Shown: in pieces, positions 15,626-34,729 of the stretch
How the letters are laid out: each line of letters starts with the position of its first letter
Position numbering within the stretch: position 1 is the first letter of the stretch
DNA from: the human T2T-CHM13v2.0 reference genome, Homo sapiens
Length of the DNA: 64,000 nucleotides
NCBI RefSeq assembly: GCF_009914755.1
Contig: NC_060939.1
Strand: one strand, 5' to 3'
Position numbers and translations under genes: made by a program
The notes under the pieces: model-generated
Database searches by the model: none
Seen by the model: only the letters and a program-made list of their open reading frames with translations
Told to the model about the DNA's origin: nothing

Positions 15626-15685
15626 TTATTTATTGATTCTTAATTACACGCATTTCATCTACTCTTGACTTTTTTTTTACTGTAG

Positions 15686-15754
15686 TAGATGCTGCATGTG
15701 GCATTGAAAAAACAAAATATGGAACCTTTTTTTGAAGACCAAAATGTTGATAAG
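15686..15754 (+). pseudogene. Exon LDAACGIEKTKYG..FEDQNVDK with a +1 frameshift
   Basis: 69 nt where 68 would keep the frame; T7 run gives TGA at 15733-15735; FEDQNVDK appears in the shifted frame (ORF 15689..15964). Confidence 0.85.
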
Positions 15755-16891
15755 GTAAATGAAGATGTGGTTAAAAGCCAACATAGAATAATCAGAGTCG
15801 AGTCCTGTTCACCAACTCACTCTTATCTGTTAATGATCTCTAGTTTTACAATGGTAAATTGTTTTATTTGGAAAATATTTTTCCCATGCTTTATTCACTT
15901 GCCATCTCCCTGTCTTTATAACGATGACAAGGATCCTATAAGGGAATGGAAGTTCTCCAGGTAATAATAGAAAAGAAGTGTAACAACAAGGGAAATATAT
16001 GCATGGGACCAGGATTCCTAAAAGGTCATGGGAGTAAATGATTGTTAGGTTTGCCATTAGGGAAGGAAAGAAGTAGAAAGCAACCTGAAAGAACAGCTCC
16101 ACAAATACAAAGGTGAAGAGGGGAAAGAAGTAAGAATACAGAGTTGAATAAGAGTGTCAAGATGACAAAGATTAGTATAAAACACCTCAAAAACGGTGAA
16201 TTTAAATGACAGTAGAATGTCTCCATATCATATTATAGAATTATTTTAAATATAGATTAGGAAAAGAAAGCCAAGTAATTAAAATAATGCTCAGATTCTT
16301 CTGAGTGACTTACGGGTGATTTTAATAAAGGATTGGAAGAAAATTTATGGGTGACTATATTTAACATTCTGTTTAACATTTAAAAATAGCCAGGAGAGAA
16401 TAACTTGAATATTTCTAGTTTAAATAAAACATACATATTTAAGGTAATGTGTATCTCTGTTACCCTCATTAGATTATATAGATGGAACAAATCATCACAC
16501 GTACACTGAAAATATATGCATCTATTTATTAATTTAAAAATTCTAAATGGAAAGAAAATTTAATCCTAACTTTTTAAAATTTCAGTAAAGTGATGTCTCA
16601 TATTTTATCTAGTGAATATTGTGTTCATAGATCATGCAAAGTAAAATGTGTTTTAGGCTATATCAGATTTTGAATGAATCATTAATTTTTGACTCCTGTT
16701 AAAAGTTTTTTAAAGTAATATTTGGTATATTCCCAAGTTGCTTAACTAATTTATTTCACTTTTACATCATCTTGGCAGCTGTTTTAGCCTTTTTTTGATA
16801 ATAGAGAAAATAAATAAGTAATTAAATAATAGAAAATAAAAAATAATAAAAATTAATAAAAAAATTAATAAAAATTAAAATTTCTGGTTAA

Positions 16892-17184
16892 TTTTTTTTT
16901 TTTGAGAGGGAGTATCGCTCTGTCGCCCAGGCTGGAGGGTGGTGGGTGATCTCGGCTCACTGTAAGGTCCACCTCCCGGGTTCATGCCATTCTCCTGCCT
17001 CAACCTCATGAGTAGCTGGGACTATAGGTGTCCGCCATCACGCCCGGCTAATTTTTAAATATTTTTAGCGGAGACGGGGTTTCACTGTGTTAGCCAGGAT
17101 GGTCTCGATCTCCTAACCTCATGATCTGCCTGCCTCGGCCTCCCAAAGTGCTGGGATTACAGGCGTGAGCCACCACACCTAGCC
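16892..17184 (-). mobile_element. Alu (AluY-like)
   Basis: Antisense Alu with gttagccaggatggtctcgatctcc. Confidence 0.92.
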
Positions 17185-19185
17185 ATTTCTGGTTAATATT
17201 AAAGGAGGTTTCTAATTTATGTTCATTGAATGAGAAAAAATATCTTTTTAACCTGGAACCCTCTTAAAGAAATAAATTATTACTTATTTCTGGAGCTAGT
17301 CTGACTGACCTTGTGCTGATAACCTCTGTACTTAAGAACATACATGTGATGAATGCAGTCAACACTCATGATTGTTTTCTAAACAAAGTACCTATTTTGA
17401 TAGAATCGTAAGGAAAGAAATATTGCCAACAGTACACAGAATTATCTCTGGAATATTACTTTTTACTTTTAAAACTATCTCCTGCAGTTGGGACGTTTTT
17501 TATTATTCTCTGGAAGCATTATTAACTTTAGTATTTATAGTTATACCTTGCACATAAATTTATTCAGCTCTAAAACTCAGGAATCCTTTTGACTTGATGT
17601 TTAAAATAAATTTCTTCTCTCTTCATGTGAGTATTGAGTCATGAGTGACAGGCATAGTGTATTTGAAGACAAGTAAGTCTTCAGCTTGCATAGTCATATG
17701 ATTATTTTACTTGATCCTTTCTCTGATTTTTAACTATTATCTTTATGGCATAAGTAGGCAATTAGAGCTATTAGTATATCATTTCAGGAGAATCAGAAAA
17801 CCATATGAACTTTAAAATAGATTTTGCATTTCTCTCTTATATGTTAGAAGTACTTAAAATGCCTTATAATTCTATAATAGAATAAACATTTGTGCAAGTT
17901 AAAAACTTTTAAGATGATTTTTTGAAAATGAGCTTTCTTAGGACACCTTGACTTACTGGTTTAGATAACTGTTTTCATTAAGTTCAAAAATGCAGATGAC
18001 CATAATATTCCAGAAATAAATATCTGCATACATTTAGAAAATATATTTTATATCTTTTAATCCAGTATAGAAATATATAATTGAAATTTTGAATCACATG
18101 TTTTGTTTTCTTTTTATTTTCAAAACTTCAGGGTTCTACATAGGTTTAAATTATTGAATCCTACCAGTTTAGTATACTTTACAAATGTTGACCTTCTCAA
18201 CAACATATGGTTTTTTTGAGTAAGGTCATCTATTTCTACTCCAAATGTATTTACCCAGATCAGTCTTCTAAGTCCCCTTTGTGCCTCAAATTTAATAGGT
18301 CTCAAACTGCCTTCCAGATTCTTTCCTGACTCTTTGTAATCCATGCTGTCATCTCACTTCCCAATTTTAGTAAATAACACCAAGGAGGTAGTAATGAAAC
18401 ATTGAAGCAGAAAAACTGCACTCCAGGTTTCCCTCACATAGCCAATCCAGTGACTCACCAATTTTTGTATTTTCTACCTTTAACCACTTCTCATATCTTA
18501 TTACTGTAATACACTGTCGGCCCTATACTTTTGGAATGTTCGTTTTTGTTTCTTTCTTCTCCCCATGTTTATCTATCTATATATGTCTTTCAGGGTGACC
18601 TTTCTTAAACATGTTTACTTTGATCTAAGTCATCTGTTTATGGCTGGACCCTCATTACATGAAACAAACATTTACATTCTAGCATAACACTTATTTTGTG
18701 GTTTGGCCTGTTTCTCCCATTTTATCTCTCCACTCCACTTTCTCTGTCTGTGTCCAAGTTTTACCACGTTATTGTGGTATTTCTTATTGGCTATGCTGTT
18801 TCATGCTTTATTTTTTTGCACATGCTGCCCTCACTAGAAACACTTCACACTCTTACTCTTCCCTTGTCTATTTTAAAAATAGAACCCTAAATTTGCAGTT
18901 TCTCAGAAGCTTCCCAAGTAGAATTGTTATTGCCTTTGTGCTATCACTGTATTTTATTGACTTGAATTGTAGAAATAATGAATTGTGTCTTTCTGCTTTT
19001 GTTTGTTTTTATAAATTTCTTTTTTCACTTGATAAATAAATAAAATTGGTATTTTATTCATATTATCAGATTTTCCAGTATAGATCTTATGAATTTATAG
19101 ACACGGAAAATGTTTCTTGAATTACTGACTGATTAAGTAGTAAATATGACATTTTCTGAAGATTTCTTTTTTTTTTTTTTAATAG

Positions 19186-19225
19186 GAAAGAAAAGCACTA
19201 CCAGCAACTGGACAAAAAGCAAATG
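19186..19225 (+). pseudogene. 40-nt exon ERKALPATGQKAN
   Basis: poly-T..aatag|GAAAGAAAAGCA...GCAAATG|gtattg. Confidence 0.85.
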
Positions 19226-20068
19226 GTATTGGTATTATAAAAAGTGCTCCATGAGAGCAATCAAATAATGATAATGTTGTATTTTGTGTACAATAAAAGA
19301 TGGTGAGGTAGTGAATATAGCTGAATAATTTTCTATGCTTTAATAATATAATTTTTGAAAATAAATATAACTAATTTAAATATAATTTAAAATAAATTTA
19401 AAATTAAATTAATTGTTAAATTACATTAAATTATAAGCCTAATTTTAATTAAATTATAGTTATAATTTATTAATTTTAATAGTAAATATAATTTAATTTA
19501 AACATACTTTTTCTTAAAACTTTGGTGAACACTTAAACTTGTAGATCAAAATATAATATTCATTGTTGAGAAATGGACATTAGTATATTTACAAAAAAAT
19601 GTGAGGTGGGATTGTGTAAATTAAGAAAGCAGCTGGCTAGGTATTTGGAGGTTTCTGATGAGGAAACTTGAGGGAACTCACTTTATGTAGACTCAGTATA
19701 TTCCCACTCAAAGAGAAGATTAAATGATTGCTGCTTTGGAGCTTACTGGAGGCAGAGGGTAGAAGAACGACAGGAAACCACAGAAACTCATTTCTTCTCT
19801 CTATAGGGGTTACACATCAATGATATGTGCTTCATTCATGTTTGTTAGTGAACTGGGATGCACTTGGATATCAAAACATTGGCAGTTTTCTTTAAAACAA
19901 TGCTGTTTTTGATGAAATAGCCATTGTATAAAAGTACCTCAGAGGCTGCTATGCTATAGCATATCAAACTGACTAGAAAAAAAACAAACGAGAAATTTAT
20001 TTCTTTAGTACTAAAAGTGTAACTGTCAATAATCATGGCAAATATTTTGATATGTAAAAGTTGATTAA

Positions 20069-20380
<312 letters not shown>

Positions 20381-20650
20381 TCAATGGTGATTCAGAGATT
20401 TTTGGTTACATTTTGTAAATGAAAATCTGAGTACTCATTAGTTATTTGATGTGTAACATATACTTTTTTTGCATAAGGGAATGAAAAGATGGCAAGAGAA
20501 CTAAAGTTGAGAATCCAGAAGTTGAAAATATCAGAAGTCTTCATGACTGTGGATAACATGAGTATTTTTAGAAACGATTTTTCTCCAAGTAGATATCTAA
20601 ACTAATGATTGAGAGCATTTCCTGCCAGCAGAAGCGAATGATACATTTTC

Positions 20651-20951
20651 TTTTCTTTTCTTTTTTTTTGAGACCGAGTCTCGCTCTGTCACCCAGGCTT
20701 GAATGCAGTTGCGGGATCTCAGCTCACTGCCAACTCCGCCTCCCGGGGTTCACGCCATTCTCCTGCCTCAGCCTCCTGAGTAGCTGGGACTACAGGCGCC
20801 TGCCACCAAGCCCAGCTACTTTTATGCATTTTTAGTAGAGATGGGGTTTCACGGTGTTAGCCAGGATGGTATCGATCTGCTGACTTCGTGATCTGCCCGC
20901 CTCGGCCTCCCAAAGTGCTGGGATTACAGGCGTGAGCCACCGCGCCCGGCC
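20651..20951 (-). mobile_element. AluY with TSD
   Basis: TSD gcgaatgatacattttc / gcgaataatacattttc; empty site at ~24392. Confidence 0.93.
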
Positions 20952-21359
20952 GCGAATAATACATTTTCATGCTCTCTCATTGCAACTTCATAGTTTCTAA
21001 CATTTATTCTTCTGGGGTCCGCTTTGGTTCTCTCATTTGACGTCACTTTTTTTGGCTTCATCCAGCAGATTCGCATTCGTAGAAATACTTTTCTATGTTA
21101 CTTGTAGTCATGTGAAACCTAATCTCACCCTTGCAATCTGGACTGCATGTTTTATAGAATCTATATTGTGATTTTTCATGTGTATATTCCTGTCATGTTT
21201 GTGTGTTAACCAAAACAAGAGCAAAGCAACCCAAAGCCTAATGGGTAACAATTTCAAGGGCAAGGACGAAGATTTCAGCTGGATACAAACACTGCATGAT
21301 TGATGGTAGGCTATGTCATATTTCCCTGTAGTCAATTTTGTGTTCCTTTTGTTTTTTAG

Positions 21360-21698
<339 letters not shown>

Positions 21699-24002
21699 TG
21701 ATATTTAAGGCATAAGGCGGACATTTTACACCATGAGCTCTAGCCCAAATGCTTTTCCTTTAAAGTTGTCATCATCTGAAGATCCCAGTTTTGAATTCCT
21801 GTGCATGTTAGGGATTTGAGGAGGTGTATTTTGACACTAAGTATTTTCAGTGCTTCAAAATTGATTGGAATACTCTTCTCTCTTCTTCATCTAGAGAAAA
21901 GCTATACCTGCTGACGTTACAATTGTTTTAGAACTTCAACTCCTTTATGTCAGTGTTGTTACATTGAGAATCTTTACTTAATCACATCTTCTGATTACCA
22001 GATTGAGTTTCTGCATGTGTATGTGTGTGTGCATCTCAGATTAAGAATGAATAAAATGATTAATCATTCTTTTGTAACTCTTTGGTAGATACAGTGTTTT
22101 AAAACAATGATTCTGAGCTGTTTTGGCCTTAGAATATTTTCTTCTACTACAATTTATTGCCTACAGGTAGCCAACAGCCTGAATTAACGTTTTTTACTTT
22201 TAAGTCACTGCAATGCACATTAAAAATACTTTACAAGATACTTGCACTTTCATAGGTAATATGTAGAATCTGTTTCCAAGTATCAAGTCTTCTATACGAT
22301 TTCACACAGCGTACATAATAGCTGCAACTCGGCTTTTCTAATCAGTGGTATATATTTTGGATCTATCCAGGTTGACACAATTTGTTCATCTTTGATTTGT
22401 TGTATGGTCTTGTGGTATGCCATTTTATGACTGCACCACAATTAATTAAAGTCTCTTCATGCTGATACAAAATGAACATAAATATGATGACATGCCAACA
22501 TAGATTTGCTTATGTGGTTGTCTTTATTGATTTGTACTATATAAGAAATTAAATAGAAGTATTTCAGATACCCTGAGTATAGCTGTATACACTGCCATAG
22601 CTGTATTGACTACATTCATTACCCCTTAGAGCCATGTTTTTCCATCATATTATGACTCTGAAAAGCCCTAGTGTATGCTTTTCAGAGAATGACATTGGAA
22701 AGAAGAAACGGCCAAAGTATCATTTGGTACCTTGGCTTCCTTACATAGATGTTGAACTCCAAGAATGATCAAATCACAGTTTAGAACCCCTTTGTTGGCC
22801 CTATAAAGGGTTTCTGGATATCAAATGATAAATAGTCTCCAGATGAAGAAATGCTCTATAACGCCCCACCGCTGTGTTTTCCTATATTTTGTCCTTTTCT
22901 GAAAACTTTAAATACACGAATTTTTGGTAGAAATGAAAATCTTTCTGTTTTATATATTTGTTTCTGTCCATGGCACTCTGATATCTTTGAATCTAGTAAG
23001 GATATAGCCTTGTCTTATTTATACCAGCAAGCAGTGTTGTCACTTAATGCTCTCATTTTTCACGTAAATGACTGACATTTTCCCAAGTCTTCGCAAGTGA
23101 TTTTTGAAGACGTTGCTGCATTAAGCAGAGACTATGTCATTGTAATTGCAGAAGTTTTTAAATTAAATATGTTTAATAAAATTTTAGAGCCTGTTTCTGT
23201 GGAACACGTAACACATAATGGTGGTGTAATGTGTATTTAACCATAAATTAGCTTCACAAAAATTTGTGTACTTAAAAGTGTTTATATCCAAAGAAATTCT
23301 TATTTACTGCTCAGTAATCTCTTGTGTAGAAGAAAATATGTAACATAGTTTGCTGAGTCTTTGATAATAACCCCCAGTGTAAAATAAAGCTGTAAAGATG
23401 AAATGAGAGTTGATACTCAATGAAACTGATGTGAGTGAATACAAACTATGAAACTGTGTCTAGGGGAGAGAGGAGGACATGGGGCTGCTATTGTGAAGAA
23501 GGAATTTGTACAAGTTAGTCCATTTTCTGTAACTTTTATATTCTAATAAAGGAAAACCATATCTTCATATTTATAAAAATGGGATTTTACTGGTTTGATC
23601 ACAGGGGTTGTGAGAATAATGAAGAACAAAATGTGGAAGGCAAAGAATGAAGACCAGATAGTGAGATTAGATTTATCAACAAAAAAGAGTGCAAGTGGGG
23701 TGGGATGGTGTAAATAAAGACAGCAGCTGGCTAGGTATTTGGGGGTTTCTGATGAGGAAACCTGAGAAAACTCACTTTATGTGGACCTGGTATATTCGCA
23801 GTCGAACAGAATATTCGATTATTGTTGCTTCAGAGCTTAATGGAAGCAGAGGTGGAAGAATGAGTAAACCACAGGGACTCAATTCTTCTCTCTGTAGGGG
23901 TAACACATCGACACTAGGATAGGTGCTTCATGTTAGCAAAATGCGATGCAGTGCATGTCAAACTGTGGAAGCAAAACAATCAAGAAATAAATTTCTTAAG
24001 TA

Positions 24003-24071
24003 TTATTTATTTATTTATCGTTATTATACTTTAAGTTTTAGGGTACATGTGCACAACGTGCAGGTTTGTTA
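24003..24071 (-). mobile_element. Very short L1PA 3'-end fragment
   Basis: ttattatactttaagttttagggtacatgtgcacaacgtgcaggtttgtta; absent from the paralogous site at ~20008. Confidence 0.85.
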
Positions 24072-24714
24072 AAATGTAACTGTCAATGATCATGGCAAAT
24101 ATTTTGATATATAAAAGGTGATTAACATGAAAAAAGCCTCTGATATTTCAAATATTTTGGTTAGATTTGTTTTATGGGAATCTAATTACATATTAGGTAT
24201 TTGGAGTGTAATGTATACATTTCTTGCATAAGTGAATGAAGAGATGGCAGGAGGGCTAAAGTTGAGAATCCAGGAAATGGAAAAACACCAGAAGTCTGCA
24301 TGACTGTGGACAACATGAGTATTTTTGTTAACTATGCTTCTGTATGTAGATATCTGAACTAATGAACTGAGAATACATCCTGCAAGCAGAAGGGAATGAT
24401 ACATTTTAATGAAACTGATAGTTTTTAAGTTAGAGGACAAAATGAAGAACACGAAAACTATTGTAGTATTGTAGTATAAATGGTTCTTGGGTGATTTCTT
24501 CAGGGTACACCATAGCGTTCTACCATGGGCTTTGACATTTATCCTCCTGGGGTCCTTTCATTTGACATCACATTTTTTGGCTTCAGTTAAGAGAATCACA
24601 TTGGTAGAAGTACTTCCTTGTGTTAGTTGTAGTCATGTGAAACCTAATCTCTCTCTTGAAATCTGGACTACATGTTTTATGAAAACTTAATTATGTGTCC
24701 CTTTTGCTTTGTAG

Positions 24715-25011
<297 letters not shown>

Positions 25012-25599
25012 TAGAAGGATTTGATCTAAATGATGCTGATGCTGTTGTTAGTGTCTATGATTATAAAATGATATTTAGAAGAACAAGGAAAAGAAATGTT
25101 TAAAATGTGAGCTCTAGCTCAGATGCTTTTCCTTTTAGGTTGTGATAAATATCCAATGTGGAATTTGTATGCATGTTAGGGGTTCAAGGAGGTGAATTTT
25201 GAAACTATAAATATTTTTCAGTGTTTCAATTTCTGGTTGCAATACTGTCCTTTACCTAGAGAAAAGCTATACCAGCTGACATTACAATTGTGTTAGAACT
25301 TCAACTTCTTTATGTCGGTGTTGCCACACTGAGAACCTTCAAATCCTCACCCAGTCACATGCTCTGATTACCAGCTTTTGAATTTCTGCATGTGTATGTG
25401 CGTGTGTGCTTTTGTTTGTGAGTTTGGGTGTGTGTGATACCTCTGATTCTGGAAAATGAATAAAGTCATTAATCATTTTTTGGTGACTCTTTGGTAGATA
25501 CAGGGTTTTAAAGCAATGATTCTGAGCTGTTTTAGCCTTAGAATCTTTTCTACTACTACAATTCATTGCCTACAGGTAACCAACAACCTGAATTAATGT

Positions 25600-27608
<2,009 letters not shown>

Positions 27609-30600
27609 TTTATTTGGAAGTGTGCAATGAGGTACGTCTGAGTTTCAAAAATGAAGAAAGTAAGTAGTCATGCTTTCCTGACTCTTTGGTAGACAGCCTT
27701 TTAAGACGGTGATTCTGAGCTGTTACTGTTTTGGGTTTTCTATAATACTAAAGCTTACTGCCAACATGTAACCAAGAGCTTGAATTAAGTAAAAAGAAAT
27801 CACCCAAATGCACATTAAAAACCTCTTACAACATATGTGCACATTCATAGATAACATGTAGAACTTGATTTTGTGTATTAAAAACTTGTAGAAAAGTTCA
27901 GGCAGTGCACTTATTGAATGCAACTTGGTCTTTGTAAAATCAGTGATATATATTTCAGATCTATCCACCTTGACCCAGTGAGGTATTTCTTGATTTATTG
28001 TATGATCTCATGATATGCCATGTGATGACTACAGCATATTATGCTCTCTTCATGCTGATACCATATGGACTTAAATATGATGACATACCAGCATGGATAT
28101 GCTTACGTGGTTGGTTTTATTGATTTGTACTATATTAGAAATGAAACAGAAGTATTGGAAATCCTAGCAAGCATAGCTGTATCTCTCCCATGGCTGTGTT
28201 AATTGCAACTGTTTCCCCCTTAAAGCATGTCTGTTTGACATGTCCTAACTCTGAGAAAATCCAGTGTGTGCTTTTCAGAGAATAGCAGTAAGGAGTGGAA
28301 ATGGCCAATGGTCAAAGTGTTACTTGTCCTCTTGGCTCCCCTTCATGAATGTTAAACTCTAAACTACTCAGGTCACAATTTAGAACCCCTTTGTTGATCC
28401 CTATAGAGTGTTCCCAGATATCAAATGACAAATAGGTCTTTGATGAAGAAACACCCTGTAAAGCCATATTGCTCTGGTTTTTGTGTGTGAGTGTGTGTGT
28501 GTGTATGTGTGTGTATTTTCTTCTCTTTTGAAAACTGTAAATAGAGGAATTTTCATTACAAATGAAAATGTTTCTGTTCCATATTTATTTCCTGTCTAAT
28601 GTACTTTGCTCTTCCTGGATCTAGTAAGGATCTCAGCTTGTCTTTTTTATACCTGCAAAAAATTACATCAAGCTTCATTTTTCATGTCAATTACTGACAT
28701 ATTTTCAAGCCTTCACAAGTTATTTCTGAAGATTTGGTGCATCAAGGAGAGACTGTCATTGTAGTTAAAGAAGTTTTTAAATAGGTTATATTCAATAAAA
28801 TTTCAGAGCTTGTTTCTCTGGAAAGCATAGACATAGTGGTGTTATGGGTAGTTAAACATAAAATAGCTCCACAAAGTGTTGTGTACATAAAAGTGTTCAT
28901 ATCCTGGAAAATTCTACTTTATTGCTCAATACTGTCTGCTGGAGAGGAAAATAGGTAAGATAGGCTGCTGAGCCTATGATAATAACTCATAATATGAGGT
29001 GAAAGCATAGAGACAAAATGAGAGATGATAGATACTCAAATGGATGTGAGTGAAGAACAGCTGTGAACGTGTCTATGGGAGATAGGAGGCCATGGGGCTG
29101 CTTTTGTGAAGAAGGAATTTGTACACGTTAGTCAAGTGTCTTGACACATTTAACATTTTAATAAAGCTAAACCTTATCTTCAGATGTGTCAGAATGGGAT
29201 TGTACAGATGTCACATTACAGTGGTGGTGAAAATAATGAAGAAACGAATGTAAGGGTCAAAGAATCAAGTCCACCAATATGGATATTAGATTTATGAATG
29301 AAAAAGAGTGTATGTCAAATTGGGCAGGTGTAAACAAAGAAAGCAGCTAGCTAGGTAATTTGGAGGTTTCTGATGAGGAGATTTGTGGGAAGTCACTTAA
29401 TGGAAAGCAGAGGTTAGAAGGATGAGGGTGACCCACAGGATCTCATTTCTTCTCCCTAGAAGTTTTGCACATCAATGATACATGCTTCATTCACATCAGT
29501 TTTTCTTTTTTGGAAAGCTGTGTTTGCTGGTGTAGTTATTTTGTAAAAGAACCTGAGAGACCCCTATGGTATATCATGTGAAACTAGATTTAGAAAAAAG
29601 GAATCAAATAATGCATTTTTAGAGTACTAAACAGATAACTGCCAATAATGGTGACAATCATGACATATGTATATATATGTATTATGTCGTATTGGTTGGT
29701 TATTTATAAGAAAAGAAGTCTCTAGTGATTTAGAAACTTTAGTTTATTTTCATAGGAATCTGATTACACATTATTTCACTGATGTGTATGTTTTTGCAAA
29801 AGTGGACGAAGAGACGGTGAGAAGGCCGAACTGCTGAATCCAGGAAATGTAAAAACATCAGGAGTCTTCATGAGCATAAACAAAATGATTTTTTAAATTA
29901 TAACTCTTAGATTAAGTGAACTCACTTCAGATGCATTCAGAATATTTGCATAAAGGATGATTTGATTTTTGGCTGTTCCAGGAACTACTGGAAGCAGGAA
30001 ACAGTGATAGAATTGGGATAAACCACAGTGACTCATTATTCCTCTTTGTTACTATTGGGCACCAGAGGTATATGTTTTGTTGATATTGGTTATTCAAATG
30101 AGATAAACGTGAATATGCATACATTGGCTTTGTTTTTCAAGGAGGTATTGGATAAAATAGCAACTTAATAAAAATTCTCTAGAGAATAACATGATAATTT
30201 AACCAGACTATTTTAGAAGTGAAAATAATGTTGAATTCATTACTTGACTCCCAAATGGTTATTTTCAAGGAATATTGGCGTGATTTCCAGATGTAAAAGC
30301 TTATTCATATCTAATGCTTGTAGCAATTTTATTTTGTATAAGTATGTCAAATTTGGTAATTTATTATACTTTTTGATGAAGTTTATACATTATACCTTGT
30401 TGCCATGAGTGGATGAAGATTTCGGAAGGCTAAACTAGAAGATGCAAGAGATGTAGGCACATTATTACACCATATGGGTATGAGAAATAATGAACATTAC
30501 ATACTATAATTCACCAAACATATATCCAAGCTGATTAAATTAGGACACTTCCACTGAAGTGATGTGAAGTGTACATTCAACTAAAGTGTCATTATAATTG

Positions 30601-31069
30601 TGTACCTTCTCACTGATTGGTCAAGTTAAAGAACATGATGAATGTTTGCAGTAAAATGTTCCAAATCATTCTGATATCTTGCATGAAAGACACGCGGGTG
30701 CATGTATCACCTGCTTTGACGTTGATTCCCAGGTGTATGAGTTGAACTCTGATTTTAGATCACATTTGTCCTCAACACTCAGCATATCCACATTGATATT
30801 GACATGGCTTTATTTTAGTTCTAGACATATGGAGAAAGTTATATCACATTTGAAATTGTCAGTATATATTTCTTGAAGCCTGTATTACTATTTTCTTCAG
30901 TGTATTTCCTTCATGTTTAGTCCCAAGAAACAAAGTATAAAATATCAAAGCCTACAGTAATACAGGCAGGAGTATAAAACTTGATGCTAACATGCTATCC
31001 ATGCATTAATGTATGGATAACATTATCATATTTACATATGATTGATTATGTAACCCTTTTGCTTTTCAG

Positions 31070-31262
31070 TGTCTTCTCAGAAACAACCAGCTGAGAAGGT
31101 AATTAAAGTCTCATTTATCTGTTGAATTATTAACTGTATAGTCTATGAAACCTACTTTACGTATTATTTTGTTTTCAAATCCCATTCAGGCTACAAGTAA
31201 TGAGAAATATTCTGTTTCAAATACAGCCACAGAAATAAAGGGGGGACCAATATCTGGGACAG
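31070..31262 (+). pseudogene. Repeat exon pair (31070-31098; 31190-31262)
   Basis: VSSQKQPAEK ATSNEKYSVSNTATEIKGGPISGT. Confidence 0.92.
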
Positions 31263-32933
31263 GTAATTTTGCAAAACACATCTAATGTCACGTTCAATCA
31301 AGATAGAAGAGAACGTCCCTTCTCCAAATAAATCAGTGGAGAGTTCATCTAAGCTGCACGTTCTGATTCAGTATGCCTGAGATTGTTCATTTGTAGTGAG
31401 TTCTCAGGTGACCCTGATGCTGCTGGTCCTTGGCCATGATCTGAGTAGTAAGATTATAGACTTCCCTACATTGAAATTGGGAAGAAGAACCATTGGAGAG
31501 CAGTTCAACACATACCAGGCTAAGGGAGCAGCATAATTTTGCTTTAATTCTACAGCATGTTTCCATCAAGAGGGGAAAGAGAACGAGATGAAGTAATAGA
31601 TATTATAGGCATCATATCGTATTGTTATAAACAGAGGGACAAGTGATCTGAATAACTCCACAAACACTGTAGAATGAGAACTAAGAAGACCACTGATGGA
31701 GCAATTATTTTCCTCAAGGAAGAGGGATTGTGAGGCAGGAAGGAGGAAAAAGAAGAAAGTATTTATGTAATTTTGGGGTTTCTGCTGAGGAAACCTGAGT
31801 GAACTCATTTCAGATGCATTTGGAATATTTGCATTAAAGAAGATTTGATTTTGGCTGCTCCAAGAAATACTGGAAGCAGGAAACAATGCTAGAATCGGGA
31901 TAAACCACAGTGACTCATTACTCCTCTTTGTTACTATTAGGCATCAGAGATACATGTTTTGTTGACTTTAATTATAAAAATGAGATAAACTTGCATATGA
32001 ATACATTGGCTTCCTTGTTCAAGGAGCTACCTCTTGGATAAAATAGCTATTTCACAAAACTTCTTTAGAGAATAACATGATAATCCCAACAAGGCTATTT
32101 TAGAAACAAAAATGATGTTGAATTCTAATTAACTCCTAAAGTGGTCATTTTCAATGAATACTGGGGTGATTTCTGAATGTAAAACTTATCAATATCTAAT
32201 GCTTGTAGCAGTTTTACTTTGTAGAAGTATGTTAACATCGGTAATTGATGATATTTTTATTGAGGCTAATATATTATCCTTTGGTGCCATGAGTGGATGA
32301 AGAAACTTTCAGAAGGCTAAACTAGTGGATACAAGAAACTTAGGCAAATTATTACACCACATGGGTGTGAGAAATAATGAATATTATCTACTAGGTTTCA
32401 GGAAACATATGTCCAAGGTGATCAACTTAGGACACTTCCACTGAAGAGACATGAAATGTAAATTTAACTGAATTGTCATTGTAATTGTGTATGTTCTACT
32501 TATTGGGCAAGTTAAAGGGCACGATGAACGTTTGTAGTATAATGGTGTAAATCCTTCTAATTTCTTGCAAGAAAGACATACTGGGTCATGTACCACCTGC
32601 TTTGACATTGATTCTCAGGTGTGTGAGTTACTCCTCTGATTTGTCCTCATCACTCAGCATATCCACATTGATATTGACACGGTTTTATTTTAGTTTTAGA
32701 CATATCACGAATCATACCATGTTTGAAATTGTAAGGGTATATTTTGTGAAGCCTGTATTCCTTTTTTTTCAGTGTATTTCTGTCTTGTTCCAGTCTCCAG
32801 ACAAAAAGTAGGAAACATCAAAGCCTACACTAGTGCAGGCAGGAAGATACAGCTTGATAATAACACTGCATGATATATGGATAAATTTATCATATGTACA
32901 TATGAGTGATTATGTATCCCTTTTGCTTTTCAG

Positions 32934-34729
<1,796 letters not shown>

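Noticed and set aside
19330-19505. Extremely AT-rich, quasi-palindromic tract (similar at 16800-16880)
   Set aside because: Low-complexity sequence; no long perfect inverted repeat visible by eye
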